Below, piece after piece: positions 13,469 through 25,662 of a stretch of 64,000 nt of DNA. The stretch is from Lingula anatina. Its lineage: Eukaryota; Animalia; Brachiopoda. The notes beneath the pieces were generated by a model, which saw only the letters and a list, made by a program, of their open reading frames with translations, did no database searches and had not been told where the DNA came from. The stretch spans positions 17,670,001-17,734,000 of the forward strand of contig CM120640.1 in the NCBI GenBank assembly GCA_051362555.1, read 5' to 3'. The translations under genes and the position numbers were made by a program. How positions within the stretch are numbered: the first letter of the stretch is position 1; every line of letters starts with the position of its first letter.

Positions 13469-13501
13469 TTGCCTTTCACAAGAAGAAACACAGAAAACGA
13501 G
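13469..13501 (+). CDS. 21-exon gene, exon 2 (VAFHKKKHRKR)
   Basis: tttttcag| and |gtaaga boundaries; 33 nt, phase 1-1; keeps frame. Confidence 0.75.
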
Positions 13502-13726
13502 GTAAGATTCTCTATACGTTCACTGTATAGGCCCTACATTTCTTTTATTTATCTTAATGCTCATATTGTTTGTAGCTTTTCACGTTTTATGAGTTCAGCA
13601 AAGACACATGTAGATTGCAATCGGGGAGGTGCACATTGTGAACATTTACTCCAAACCTCACTTTTATCATAAAAGTTACGAAGATTTGTTGATTGATTTA
13701 GTTAACGTGTTGTTGCTCTATTATAG

Positions 13727-13794
13727 CCGCCCGCAAAAGAACCGCTGCTAAGACGCGCCGCTACAGGAACAACCGTGCGGTCTTGTTGAGACGG
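13727..13794 (+). CDS. 21-exon gene, exon 3 (AARKRTAAKTRRYRNNRAVLLRR)
   Basis: ttatag| and |gtaaga; phase 1-0; strongly basic. Confidence 0.75.
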
Positions 13795-13876
13795 GTAAGA
13801 TTTAGTAAAACAACAGCACTGGTGTTCTTTTCTTACAATAAAAATATGCTTTAATATGCTGCCAGAGTCAAGCTTG

Positions 13877-13909
<33 letters not shown>

Positions 13910-14109
13910 CATCATTTTTTTCAAACCAAAGCCAGTGTCATTTGATCTTTTTACCATTACGTAATGGTACATGTACATGCATATCGAACTTGAAAAGAGA
14001 TTACTCTGCTTAATCTGCGGAAAACTAATTATTTAATAACGAAAACTAAATCTGAGCGAATCATAAAGATGATTAATATTTATAATGAAACTTATTTCTT
14101 AAATTTTAG

Positions 14110-14223
14110 CCCCGTCTTCATGTTGAACGGATGAGAAAATTTAAAGACTTGAAAGTTAGATGTGCACATGGAATTTGCAGAAATGTTATCAGGATGAACA
14201 AATTCCAGAATGGCCGGGTACAG
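14110..14223 (+). CDS. 21-exon gene, exon 4 (114-nt module a1)
   Basis: ttttag| and CAG|gtatgt; PRLHVERMRKFKDLKV...KFQNGRVQ; paralogous to exons 6 and 8. Confidence 0.85.
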
Positions 14224-14372
14224 GTATGTTTTCTGATAACTAAAGTGGATGTTAGCGCTTAGATGAAAAAATTGTTTCTTTGATAATAAACAGATAATAT
14301 GTAATAATATTTATTATAAATACCGATAGATATATGTCAGAAGTAAGAAATGCTATCATTATTTCACTGTAG

Positions 14373-14438
14373 GTCCATTCCCTAGTAAAGCGGCACATAA
14401 AAGAATGGCAGAACCAAAGGGCTGTGGCGGTTAGAGAA
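14373..14438 (+). CDS. 21-exon gene, exon 5 (66-nt module b1)
   Basis: ctgtag| and |gtaagt; VHSLVKRHIKEWQNQRAVAVRE; paralogous to exon 7. Confidence 0.85.
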
Positions 14439-14738
14439 GTAAGTATTCTGATATAAAGGGATAATATAGGCGTTTGGTATATATATATTGTTTTTAACAA
14501 AGTCCAATAAGAGTAGGTGCATCCTGAATACAGAATAAGATTGCTAAGCATTAGATCTTTCGGTGGATGGATATACAGGGGTAGTAGCCGAAACCTGTTA
14601 TGACTCGCAAAAACATGAACAAGCTTTTATGCTCTCCCAAACTTGAATATAATAGGGCAACTAATCATTCAAGAAAATAAAAATAAATAAAACATCTGAT
14701 CAAACTTTCAAATGGTAGTTAATTTCTTTTCAATTCAG

Positions 14739-14852
14739 CCCCACGTTCACGTTGAACAGCTACGGAATTTTGGAGACCTGGAAGTAACTCGTTCACTTGA
14801 AATATGCAAGCATATAATCAAGGTTGACAAATTCCAAAACATCCGTGCACAG
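14739..14852 (+). CDS. 21-exon gene, exon 6 (module a2)
   Basis: attcag| and CAG|gtatgt; PHVHVEQLRNFGDLEVTRSLEICKHIIKVDKFQNIRAQ. Confidence 0.85.
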
Positions 14853-14982
14853 GTATGTTATTATTATTATTATTATCATTGAAAAAGTTGTGAACTCTTT
14901 CTTGATTTATGATAAAATTTACAATATCCATTAAAAAAACAGATGGATATATGTCAGAAGTAATGTAATTCTTTCCCTGTAG

Positions 14983-15048
14983 GTCCACCCCCTGGTAAAG
15001 TTCTACTTACAAGAATGGCAGAACTCACGGGTCGTGGGGATCAGAAAG
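14983..15048 (+). CDS. 21-exon gene, exon 7 (module b2)
   Basis: ctgtag| and AAG|gtttgt; VHPLVKFYLQEWQNSRVVGIRK. Confidence 0.8.
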
Positions 15049-15359
15049 GTTTGTATTGTGATATAAAGAGATAACATATGCATCAAAACTTCAATGTTTT
15101 TTAATCGATTTAAAAGTGTAATGCCATTAGATGTTGAAAGATTATATATAGAATGAGGTGAATGGCCGCTATAGCCATTAGATTATTTTTGCGGGAGGGC
15201 GGGTAATGTTTTCACCATAAAATACATGGGCTACCTTCGATGTTGTCCCATTCATTTATATGATAGGACGACCTATTATTCAAGTTAACCTTAAAATCTA
15301 TGAGAAAATTTAACAGCTTATCAAAATTCAAAATGACACCTATTTTCTTATTAACTTAG

Positions 15360-15473
15360 CCACACGTCCACGTTGAACAGCTACGAAAATTCGGAGAGCT
15401 GAAAGTCACTCGTTCACTTGCAATATGCAAACAGATAATCAAGGTTGACAAATTCCAGAACATCTGTGTACAG
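15360..15473 (+). CDS. 21-exon gene, exon 8 (module a3)
   Basis: acttag| and CAG|gtatgt; PHVHVEQLRKFGELKVTRSLAICKQIIKVDKFQNICVQ. Confidence 0.85.
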
Positions 15474-15897
15474 GTATGTTTTATCGTTCTTATTATTAAA
15501 ATGGTTTGAAGGCATATACATGTGCAGTGAATAATTTGTTTCATCGATAATAAAATTATATAATACGAATCTTTTAAGCAGATGTATTTTTCAGGGATAA
15601 TCCAGAGGTAATTCTGAACGTATACGAAGAAACGGTCAAAGCGACCGACCAGTTATTTAAAACTTAATTTTAATTAGAAATGATGCAAGACATCGAATTC
15701 AAAAAGAGGGACGGGTCGGTCAATGGTTCGTAAGTGGGAGAAATCGCTTTTTCATTCGAGGAAAATTCGATATCTGGGGGAAATTCTGGATATGATACCT
15801 TAATCAGGAAATCTTTTAATTCATAAATGAATTTAGATTAAAATTGCAGAATATATGGGGTTTAACAACAAACAAATGATATCTATTTCGAATTCAG

Positions 15898-16272
15898 GTG
15901 AATAATTTGATTGTTCAGCATACCAAAGAACCAATTACGGCCAAAGTCGTTTTACAACAGACATCGGCGAAGGAAATCGAGTTGGGAGGTCAGCCACTTC
16001 TTACACCACACCATCAGATCGAAATCTGCCATATTTCAGCCTCTCTAATATACGTTGATCCAAGTGTCATTTTATCAAGACAAAGGCATGTATCATACAG
16101 CATAGATGTGACAGATCCTACTATTTTACTGATTGGACATGTAACTAAGGAACAACCATCAGAAGAGACGAGAGAGCCAAATGTCGGGAAGCACGGGGTT
16201 CCGGTGGTTCAGCGTCTCAGCAGAAAAAAGCAGATTAAACCCAGCCCGACAAAAGAGGCAGAAACACTACAG
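15898..16272 (+). CDS. 21-exon gene, exon 9 (module c1, VDPS/TDPT motifs)
   Basis: ttcag| and CAG|gtacgg; 375 nt, phase 0; paralogous to exons 15 and 19. Confidence 0.85.
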
Positions 16273-16444
16273 GTACGGCATTAAATGGAAGAAATAGTTA
16301 TCGTAAATTGAATTCCTAATGGTAATAGACAGATCTCAGTGACGTTGTATCATTGCGACCATATGTCCCTCTTGGGTAAAGAGATTAAGTAAGTAATGAT
16401 GTTTTAATATGTATATTTAATCTAATGCCGTTTTTATATTACAG

Positions 16445-16639
16445 GTGGCGAAATCTAAGTCTCCCAATCTGCTATCGGAAAAACGCGCTGCAACCAAAGC
16501 CAGCTTATCAAAAGTGCGAAAAGAAAGACAGAAAAATATGGGGAAGAGAAACAAAAATGTTAAAAAGCCTGATATTCCAGTGGTTAATCACCTGAGCAGA
16601 GAAAGCATTAAAAACATTTCAAATAGGGTCATAAACCAG
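16445..16639 (+). CDS. 21-exon gene, exon 10 (module d1)
   Basis: ttacag| and CAG|gtacga; 195 nt. Confidence 0.85.
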
Positions 16640-16871
16640 GTACGATCTAAAAGAGATATCAGAAATATTAGCTACTATACGTAGGTTAAAATTGATTTTA
16701 AACATGATCATGTTAAATGAATTGGATAAAATGGGCGAGGTAGGGGTAAGATACAGGACTCAGTGACGCGGTGACATTGCGACTTTGTTCCTCTCGGGTT
16801 CAAAGAACAAGTAACTAATAATGTATATACAGCCTATATTTAACTTAACCTGGTGATTATTTTTATTACAG

Positions 16872-17453
16872 ATGGAGAAGTCGAATTCACTCAGTCTGTC
16901 ATCGGAAAAACATGCTGTGACCGAGGCCAGTTTATTAAGAGTGCGAAAGGACAAGAACTTTAAGGTAGCTGCCTCTGCAGATGAAAAAGATAATGATCAG
17001 CTTAATCTTTCTCTTGTAACCCAAGAAGCTATAATGGAAAATGGCTTTTATCAGTTGCCCAGATATGATCTAACCAGAGAGACTGGCGGTGTATCAAAAA
17101 TCCCAAAATCGAAGAAAAAACGTGGAAACGGAAAGAAACCAACCATTTTGATGAGAACATCTTCCTTACCCAAATACAAGCTCACGACACAAAACTCGGA
17201 TGCATCACTTGTTGATCATGACATACCGTCACCTAAAGCTAAAGCTGTAGTGGCCGACATCGAGCAACATAGGTCCTTCTGTCCGACACTTCCGATACTG
17301 ACGAGCAAACCCGAACACAACGCCGAGGACTGCGTCAATCAAAATGCGAAGAAAGAGGACCTGAACCTTGTATGTGAAGATCTGTGCATCCTAAATAGTG
17401 GCTCTTCGACCTCTGAACAAATAAAGATTAAGCCCACTTTGCCAGAAACTGAG
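16872..17453 (+). CDS. 21-exon gene, exon 11 (module e1)
   Basis: ttacag| and GAG|gtaagc; 582 nt; contains KKPTILMRTSSLPKYKL. Confidence 0.88.
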
Positions 17454-17842
17454 GTAAGCAATAAAGGAAAAAGAAACAGCAAAATCCTTTCCTTTTTAGG
17501 TTGCAACCAAGCGATTTTTATGTTCGTTGTAGTTGCTTTGTAATGGTTGCATCCACTGTTATAATCAATGAATCTGATTTCATGAGTTATAATACATTTT
17601 GTTATTAGTAACATCCTTAGTTTTTCTGTAAACATCTTATGCTGTAAGACGTCCGTAATAATTCACTGTTTTGCATCAAAGTTTTCGAAAAAATGCTCAC
17701 TGTAGGTCTACATGTGATCAGTAAATTAAGCCAATAGGAATTATTTGAGTGTTTTGATTTAATTTTGTTTATTCATACTTTTCATCTTTATACAGACCTT
17801 TTTGTATGCTTGGTCATTAACAAGCCATCATTAATTATTAAG

Positions 17843-18106
17843 GAAAAGATCACCAAAAGCCTTATGAAAAAACCTGAAACCAAACAGTTAATTGAACCAG
17901 GCGTCGCCAAAGCCAGCGTTGTTACAGTTGACGCCAATGAACAATTTGTAAGAAGCACAGATAACGAAAAAGATGTAGCGGATAGTCTCCATCAAAATGC
18001 GAAGAAAGAGTGCATGGATGTAACTCCTAACATCCTGTGCGCCCAAAAAAGTTCCTCTTCGACAACGGAACAAATTAAGACTGAAGCCACTTTGCTGGAA
18101 ACAGTG
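17843..18106 (+). CDS. 21-exon gene, exon 12 (module f1)
   Basis: attaag| and GTG|gtaagc; 264 nt; contains EPGVAKASVVTVD. The acceptor is weak but positionally conserved with exons 14 and 18. Confidence 0.78.
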
Positions 18107-18418
18107 GTAAGCCATAAATAACCCTTTAGGTGATAACCATACATTACATTTCTGGTGTTCATTTAACCAGCTTTGTCATATTTGCATCTTCTATTATTTT
18201 TGGTACAATACATTTATGGCGCAAATGCATTATTTCTGATAAGTATTTTTTCTTAAAGTTTCCACTAAATTAACTTATGATGAAGACCTGGTGATGTCCT
18301 TTGGTTCATTTACACTTTTTCATCATTTTTAGAGCTTGTTATTTACTTGACCATTAATGATCACTAACTTATAATTGTTGAAATATGCATATTTAATCTT
18401 ATGACATTCTTACCACAG

Positions 18419-18937
18419 GCGGAGAAAACCAAGTCCGCCAATCTGCCATCAGAAAAACACGTTGTGACCAAAGCTATATTAAAACTGCATGAGGACACTG
18501 AGTTAGAGACAGCAACCTCGGCAGATGTAACAGAAGAAGCTCTAACAGAAAGCGACTTTCCACCTTTGTCCAAATGTGATCCATCAGAAGAATCAAAAAG
18601 CATTGACAATGTAACAAAAATTCCAAAATCAATGAAGAAGTGTGGAAGCAGAAAGAAACCAATCGTATTGGTGAGAACGTCCCTGCCCAATTACAAATTC
18701 ATGACAGAAAATTCTGGTGGATCACCCTTTGAGAAACCGGCTCCTAAAGTTAAATCTGTTGCCAACACCGTGCAACGGGAGTCCTTCCATCCACCACTTT
18801 CAACTGTGGCAACCAAACCCGAATACAATGCCGAGGACTGCATCAATCAAAATGCGAAGAAAGAGGATCTGGGCCAAGTTTCTTGCATCCAAACTAGTGC
18901 ATCTTTGGCCTCTGAACCCACTTTGCCAGAAACTGAG
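18419..18937 (+). CDS. 21-exon gene, exon 13 (module e2)
   Basis: ccacag| and GAG|gtaagc; 519 nt; contains KKPIVLVRTSLPNYKF. Confidence 0.88.
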
Positions 18938-19177
18938 GTAAGCAATTAAAGAAATGACATCAACCTTTTCCCTTAAGAAGCTTTGATATAGCTGACTGCT
19001 CCGTCATAACCGATGGATTAGATTTCATACTAGTTTTAATACATATATTGTTTTCAGTCATATTTTTAATCATTCTTGTAAAAAACCTAACCTTTTGTTC
19101 ATCTAGACTTTTTAATATTTAGAATGAACACGTTGTATAGTTGATGACTAATAAGCCATTATCAATTTCTCATTTAG

Positions 19178-19432
19178 GCAAAGGAATCCAAAAACTTAAT
19201 GGAAATACCTGAAACCGAACAGTTAAGTGGGCCAGGCGTCACCCAAGTCAGCGTTGTTACTGTTGACGAAGACAAACAGTTTACGGATGACGGGCAAAAG
19301 CCAGCAGATAATTTTCATCAAAGTGTGAAGAAAGGGGGTGTTGATGTAGACTGCAAAACTCCATGCATCAAAAACCGTTCCTCCTTGACACCGGAACAAA
19401 TTAAGGTTGAACCCACTTTACTGGAAACTGAG
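19178..19432 (+). CDS. 21-exon gene, exon 14 (module f2)
   Basis: atttag| and GAG|gtaaac; 255 nt. Confidence 0.85.
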
Positions 19433-19650
19433 GTAAACAATTACTAACACACGCCCATTTTTCTTTGTTTTATAACCAAACGTTTCTGATGTTCATTTTA
19501 CCAGCTTTGTGATATTTGCATCTTCACTTATAAGTGGTACAGTGCATTTTTGGGCCATGAATAAGTTTTTCTGTATTTTTTCTCTAAAAACCTTATGATA
19601 AAGAACATGTAATTTACTTAATCATTAATGAGACAATTTTATAAATATAG

Positions 19651-20094
19651 GCCAAGAAAATCCAGAGCTGTTCTCAAATAACTGAAACAGAACATTCAAG
19701 AAAGCTAGACATCTCCAAAGTCGAAGTACTTGTGGTTGGAGACAAAACACAGTTTAAAAGCAGCACGGGAGATGACGGGATAGAAGAAGCATCACAAACC
19801 CAAAGCGAGACCCCAAATCTTTCTATTTCTCTCACAGACGTCGATCCAAGCATAATTTTGCTAAGACGGAGTTTCTGTGGAAAAACAGTCGTCTTCCTTG
19901 ACAATGCCGCTTCCTCCATCAAAGAAAACTTGATAGACCCTAGCATTTTAGTGATGGGACCGGTATGTACAGCACGAACATTGGATGGGACGAGAGAGCT
20001 AAATGCCGGAAAGCACAACGTCCCATTGGATGAACATCTCAACAGAGAAAAGCAGGTTAAAACCAGCCCGGAAAACGGGGTAAAAACCCTGCAG
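19651..20094 (+). CDS. 21-exon gene, exon 15 (module c2)
   Basis: atatag| and CAG|gtacga; 444 nt; contains VDPSIILLRR and IDPSILVMGPV. Confidence 0.83.
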
Positions 20095-20344
20095 GTACGA
20101 GATTAAATGAAAGGCAGTCGGTATCGTAAATTGGATTTGTTTTTATAATTATTTTGGCTCAAAACCCGTCGTTTTTGTGAAAGTGATTTCATTCATGAAA
20201 AACCTCAGGTGAAGGCAAGTAACGTGTCATTGCTTCCTAACGTGTGTCCCTCTTGGGATGAAAAGAATAGCTACCGTGTAGTAGCAACTACATGTATTTA
20301 TATTTGGAATATGTATATTTAATCTACTGACGTTCTCGTTGCAG

Positions 20345-20563
20345 GTGGAAAAATCCAAGTCCACCAAAACAACACTTGTGTCATCAGACCATGCCGTGTC
20401 CTCTATCAAAGAAGACTGGATAGACCCTAGCATTTTATTGATGGGTCCGGTATGTACAGCACAAACAATAGAAGGGACGAGAGAGCAAAATGTCGTGAAG
20501 CACGAAGTTCCCATGGTTGAAACTCTCAACAGAGAAAAGCAGGTTAAAACCAGCCCTTTGCAG
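20345..20563 (+). CDS. 21-exon gene, exon 16 (d-type start fused to c-type end)
   Basis: ttgcag| and CAG|gtacga; 219 nt. Confidence 0.85.
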
Positions 20564-20918
20564 GTACGACATTAACTGAAAGGCAATAGGTCCCGTAAAT
20601 AATGTATTTGAATTTTGTTTGCATTTGTTGTTTTAATAATAATAATTATAATAATAATAATAATAATAATTATTATTATTATGTATTTCTTTTGGTTCAA
20701 AAAGTATAGTTTTCTTTAAATGTTTTTAAATATGGTTATTTAAATTAATTGGATGATATGGGCGAAGTTCTGGTTAAGGCAACAAATATGCATGGCTCAG
20801 TGGCAAGTCATTTCAACCGCACGTATGCACCTCTCAGGACGAAGGCAACAATTACATGTACTAGTAACTGATTATATTAAGAATGCGTATATTTAGGCGA
20901 CTGACATTTTTATTACAG

Positions 20919-21440
20919 CGAGGGAGATTCAAGTACCTTAATCTGCCATCAGAAAAACAAGTGCGAGAAGACAAAGTGTTAAAGGCAGAAGCCTCGGCAG
21001 ATGTTACCCCTGAAGCACTAATAGCAGAAAACGACTTTCCTCCTTTGGCCAAATACGATCCATCAGAAAAATCGAAAGAGACGGGCGGTGTAAGGAAAAC
21101 CCCAAAATTTACAAAGAGCCGTGAAAACGGAAAGAAACCGATTGTATTGGTGAGAACATCCCTGCCCAATTACAGATTCATGGCACAAAATTCAGTGACA
21201 TCAATTGTTGAGAGCCCGCCGCCTAAAGCTGAAGCTGTGTCCAACACCGTGCAACAGAAGTCCTTCCACACGGCTCTTCCAACTGTGGCGACCAAACCCG
21301 AATGCAACGACCAGGACAACCTCAATCGAAATGCGAAGAAAGAGAATCTGGGCGTTTCTTGTGGAGTTCCTTGCATCCAAAATAGTACATCTTTGACCTC
21401 TGAACAAATAAAGATTGAAACCACTTTGTCGGAAACTGGG
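20919..21440 (+). CDS. 21-exon gene, exon 17 (module e3)
   Basis: ttacag| and GGG|gtaagc; 522 nt; contains KKPIVLVRTSLPNYRF. Confidence 0.88.
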
Positions 21441-21724
21441 GTAAGCAATGACGCCAATTTCTTACCTTTAGCAGCTTTGCCCGCTCTTTAATAAGTAATA
21501 TTCTTAGTTGTTTTAGAAATCTTCTGCTGAAGACGTGCCTTATAATTTACTTTAGTTCATGAAACTTTTTCATCTTTTTAAACTCGTTGTAAACTTGATC
21601 AGTAATAAGCCAATATCATTTATAAAGGCGTTATTATTTCATTTTGTTCATTAAAATATTTACCTTTACAAAGAACTTGTTGTATTCTTAATCACAATTA
21701 AGCCATTGTCAATTATTGATTAAG

Positions 21725-21991
21725 GCAAAGACAACCAAAGGCCTTTTGAAAATACCTGAAATCAAGCAGTACAGTGAACCAGGCGTCGCCCAAGCCAGCG
21801 TTGTTATTGTTGACGAAGAAAAAAGGGTTAAAAGAAACAGGGATGACGGAAAAGAGGAAGCGGATACATATAGTACCAATCAAAATCCGAAGCAAGAGGG
21901 ACGCGTAACAAATCAAATTCCGTGCATCCAAAGCTGTTCCTCTTTGGCATTGGGACAAATACAGATTAAAGCCACTTTGCTGGAAACTGAG
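21725..21991 (+). CDS. 21-exon gene, exon 18 (module f3)
   Basis: attaag| and GAG|gtgaac; 267 nt. Confidence 0.8.
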
Positions 21992-22241
21992 GTGAACAAT
22001 TAACCACACACCCCTTTTCGTTGAGTTTGTGATGTTCATTTTACCAGCTTTGTGATATTTGCATCTTCCATTATTAGTGGTGCAATACATTTTAGGAGTC
22101 ATAAATACATACACTCTTATGAGTAACTTTCTTCAAGATTTTTTTACAATGTTCTTTTTTGTTCATGAGTACCTTTCCATCCTTTCTGAAACCTTGTTAT
22201 TTACTTGATCATTAATGATGCAATTTCAACTTTTAATATAG

Positions 22242-22670
22242 ATCAAGAAACTCCGGAGCGGTATACGAGTAGCTGAAACAGAACAGTCATTAGAATTAGA
22301 CATCTCCAAAGCTGAAGTACCAATGATTAAAGATAGCAGCACGAAAGATGAGGGGAAAGAAGAACCATCACAAATCAACAGTGAGACTCCGAGTCGTTCG
22401 AATTTTCCTTTAGACGTCGATCCAAGCATAATTTTGCTAAGACGGAGTTTCGAAGAAAAACCACTTGTCTCTCCAGAAAATCTCGTCCCCTTGAACAGCT
22501 TAGATTTGAAAGACCCCAGCATTTTATTAATGGGACCTGTCGCAAAAGCACGGACATTAGAAGGGGTGAGAGAGCAAAATGTCGGGAAGCCTGGCTTTCC
22601 CATGGCTAAACCTTGCAACAGAGAAACGTGGGTTAAAACCAGCCCGACAAACGAAGTCAAAACCCTGCAG
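22242..22670 (+). CDS. 21-exon gene, exon 19 (module c3)
   Basis: atatag| and CAG|gtacga; 429 nt. Confidence 0.83.
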
Positions 22671-22912
22671 GTACGACATTAAATGAAACTCAAAATATAT
22701 ATTAAAAATCAACATCCTCACAGACCCACAGACCTTTTAATTAAAAATTATTTTAAACAGGGCTATTTTTTAAAATAAATTGAACGAGATGGGCGAAGCT
22801 TTCACGTTAAAGGCAAATGACTTTAAGGTAAATGGTGAATATAGGGTAAGAGAACAACTGACTTATACTGTTTGGACTATGTGTATTTAATCTAGTGACG
22901 TTCTTATTACAG

Positions 22913-23095
22913 GAGGAGAAATCCAAGCCACCAAATCTACCATCTGGAAAACAAGTTATAAGTAAAGCCAGCTTATTAAAAGTACGAGAAGAAGCACAGA
23001 GAAATGAAGTGGTGCGAAACCAAAATGCTACAAAGCCATTTATTCCGCTGGTCCAACACGTCAGCAGGGAAAAAATTAAATCTAACACAAAAAAG
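22913..23095 (+). CDS. 21-exon gene, exon 20 (module d2; 3' boundary uncertain)
   Basis: ttacag| acceptor. The paralogous donor at 23108 reads CAG|atacga; an in-frame AAG|gttaag donor lies 12 nt upstream. Confidence 0.65.
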
Positions 23096-23234
23096 GTTAA
23101 GAAACAGATACGACATTAAAATTATCATTGGTTTGTTTATACTTTTTGAATTTTTGGTCCTTGTTTTCTTATCATAATTTTAAACAAAACCCTTATTGAT
23201 TAGCGTTACTAATGTACTGTCGTTTTTGTTATAG

Positions 23235-24689
23235 GCAGAGAAATGTTCTAACCTGAAGTCAGAAAAACAAGCTACAACCAAACATGAACCACAAATATCA
23301 GAATGCATTATGAAACAAACAGATAGCAAGCAAGGGGTTCTGACGGTCGGAAATTTTCCAATAGAAAATGGGCATAAAAACGCTACTGGAGCACGACCAA
23401 AAAGGAAAGCAAACACTTCGATTATCCGGCATGCAGACGTCGAAATTAGCATAAATAGTTTGGCCACAAAGCAGTCCAAGTTCGAACCCTCTTGCCTGGA
23501 TACTGAGGTTGATTCAGAGATCATTTCAAGAGAAGTGAATCCCAATCGAAAGGATGCAAAAACGAAAGAGGAGCGCCAAGATGCGGAAGCGTGTAATACC
23601 AGAGGAACAAAAATGACCAAAACCGAGGAAGCTTTAACGAAGGATAACAGGGACGTTCAGATACAGAAAGTAACACATTTGCCAGAGAGAGAACAGAAGG
23701 AATCGACGTCAATCCAGAAAGCATGCTCCTCTTTCACTATACGCGAACAGTTTTTGGAGGACTTTAGTACATGGTACAGCGATTTATATCTTACAGGGGG
23801 ACATTTAGAGCTGATCTATATGAAAAAGTTCCACGAGTACCAGGAAATGAAGTCTCGACGTGATAAACTCTTATGTATATTTCATAACAGCCTGAGACAT
23901 GTCAGAACTTTAGCCCAGTTGGCTAAAATGAGAGTTGGGAATAAGCACAGTGAAGGAGCATGTGTGAAGACAGCAAAAACAGTTAGAGAAAAATGGAAGA
24001 GAGCAGCCTTTCGAGCGCGACATGCCGCTTTACGAGAACTTGCTTTAATCTGGGACGTGGCAGATTTTACCGAAACTTCAGTGAGTCGTGCTCCCTCTCT
24101 CTCTTCCGTTGCTTGCTCGTCTACTGCCCCAGAAGAGCAAAGTTTGGACAGGCGAACGTCCAACGCCTCGGGCATAGACACAAAGCGGTATGTAAGTCGA
24201 CAACAGGATGCTGCTCTTCGTGATTCCGAGGAATACAACAGACGGGCATATTTCTACAGTAATATGAAGCTCTATAAGTTTGTCAACTTCTTCCAAAAAC
24301 AATATATTTTAGAACATAATTACAACGTGGCTGACTTGAATTATCTAGACTGGGATATAATCATCAAATGTCAGCAAGCACACGAAAGGAAGATAAGAAG
24401 TTCAAAATCTGAAGGTGTTTCTCCCGGAATGGAGCTTAAATGCCACACACCCTGTAAGGAAAAGAAGGCGCCCACTTTGCAAAAAGACACAGCCCCTGAA
24501 CAGAGAAATATAGATTTAATCCACACACAAACTTCTGTTGAAACAACACCGTTGCCTTCAAGTGAGAGTCATGATTTTAATAGAAATGAAGCTATCGGAC
24601 AACAGATAAATACAATAAAGAAAAAGAAAGGAAATAAGAATGCTGTTGTTCTTTTAAGCACATGCGCTCTTCCACGTTATAATTTGTGA
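23235..24689 (+). CDS. 21-exon gene, terminal exon 21 (484 aa, no recognised domain)
   Basis: ttatag|GCA acceptor, in frame with the 459-aa ORF 23310-24689. Ends KKKKGNKNAVVLLSTCALPRYNL*, a diverged copy of the module-e motif. Confidence 0.88.
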   Translation, partial: AEKCSNLKSEKQATTKHEPQISECIMKQTDSKQGVLTVGNFPIENGHKNATGARPKRKANTSIIRHADVEISINSLATKQSKFEPSCLDTEVDSEIISREVNPNRKDAKTKEERQDAEACNTRGTKMTKTEEALTKDNRDVQIQKVTHLPEREQKESTSIQKACSSFTIREQFLEDFSTWYSDLYLTGGHLELIYMKKFHEYQEMKSRRDKLLCIFHNSLRHVRTLAQLAKMRVGNKHSEGACVKTAKTVREKWKRAAFRARHAALRELALIWDVADFTETSVSRAPSLSSVACSSTAPEEQSLDRRTSNASGIDTKRYVSRQQDAALRDSEEYNRRAYFYSNMKLYKFVNFFQKQYILEHNYNVADLNYLDWDIIIKCQQAHERKIRSSKSEGVSPGMELKCHTPCKEKKAPTLQKDTAPEQRNIDLIHTQTSVETTPLPSSESHDFNRNEAIGQQINTIKKKKGNKNAVVLLSTCALPRYNL

Positions 24690-24752
24690 ACAACTGACTT
24701 CATCCAGAGAAGTACATGTACAAGCTTCCTCGTGTGTGTATTTGTGTGATCG

Positions 24753-24783
<31 letters not shown>

Positions 24784-25425
24784 GTGTGTTCTTTATTAAT
24801 TTTTTTAGAGAAAAGTTACCAATACAAAAAAGACATTATCATTTTATAACGGTACGACTTATTTTTTATTCATTAAACACATTGGGAGGAATTTGAATGT
24901 TATGACAGTTATACCGTTTTCCTTTCTACATCTTATTACATAAAGTTCTGTCCCAATTGACAGATTACGATATTTATGTATAAACATGTTGAATTTTTTG
25001 AAATAATAAAATAAAATTTTAAGTGAATTCTGCCTAGTTGTTTTCATTCCAAATATTTAGTAAAGATATAAAAAATAATTTATTCATAGCTTATAAATAC
25101 ATGTAGTAAATAAGATTTCTGAAAAATCTGGCCCCTACATCTTTTGTACGAAAAAATAATGTAGGGCCTACCCTTTAAGGCTGCGTTAAAGCCTGCAATT
25201 AAAAATTTTTATATTATTAAAAAATAAAATATAAATGAATAATGAAAGACATCTGTGATTTTTGTTCCTTTATTAATATATGTTTATTAACTGCATATCA
25301 GAAAAATCAGAATATCGAAAAATATAGAAATAAGTTGTCGTATTCATGAAAAATCTAAATATATCTAATTATTCATATAAACGAGAAAATGTTCTAAAAT
25401 TCTGCCAATGCACCTGCCACAGCGT

Positions 25426-25662
<237 letters not shown>

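Noticed and set aside
16760-24302. Numerous minus-strand ORFs of 60-146 aa
   Set aside because: They are antisense shadows of the plus-strand exons; splice signals and repeat conservation support the plus strand only.
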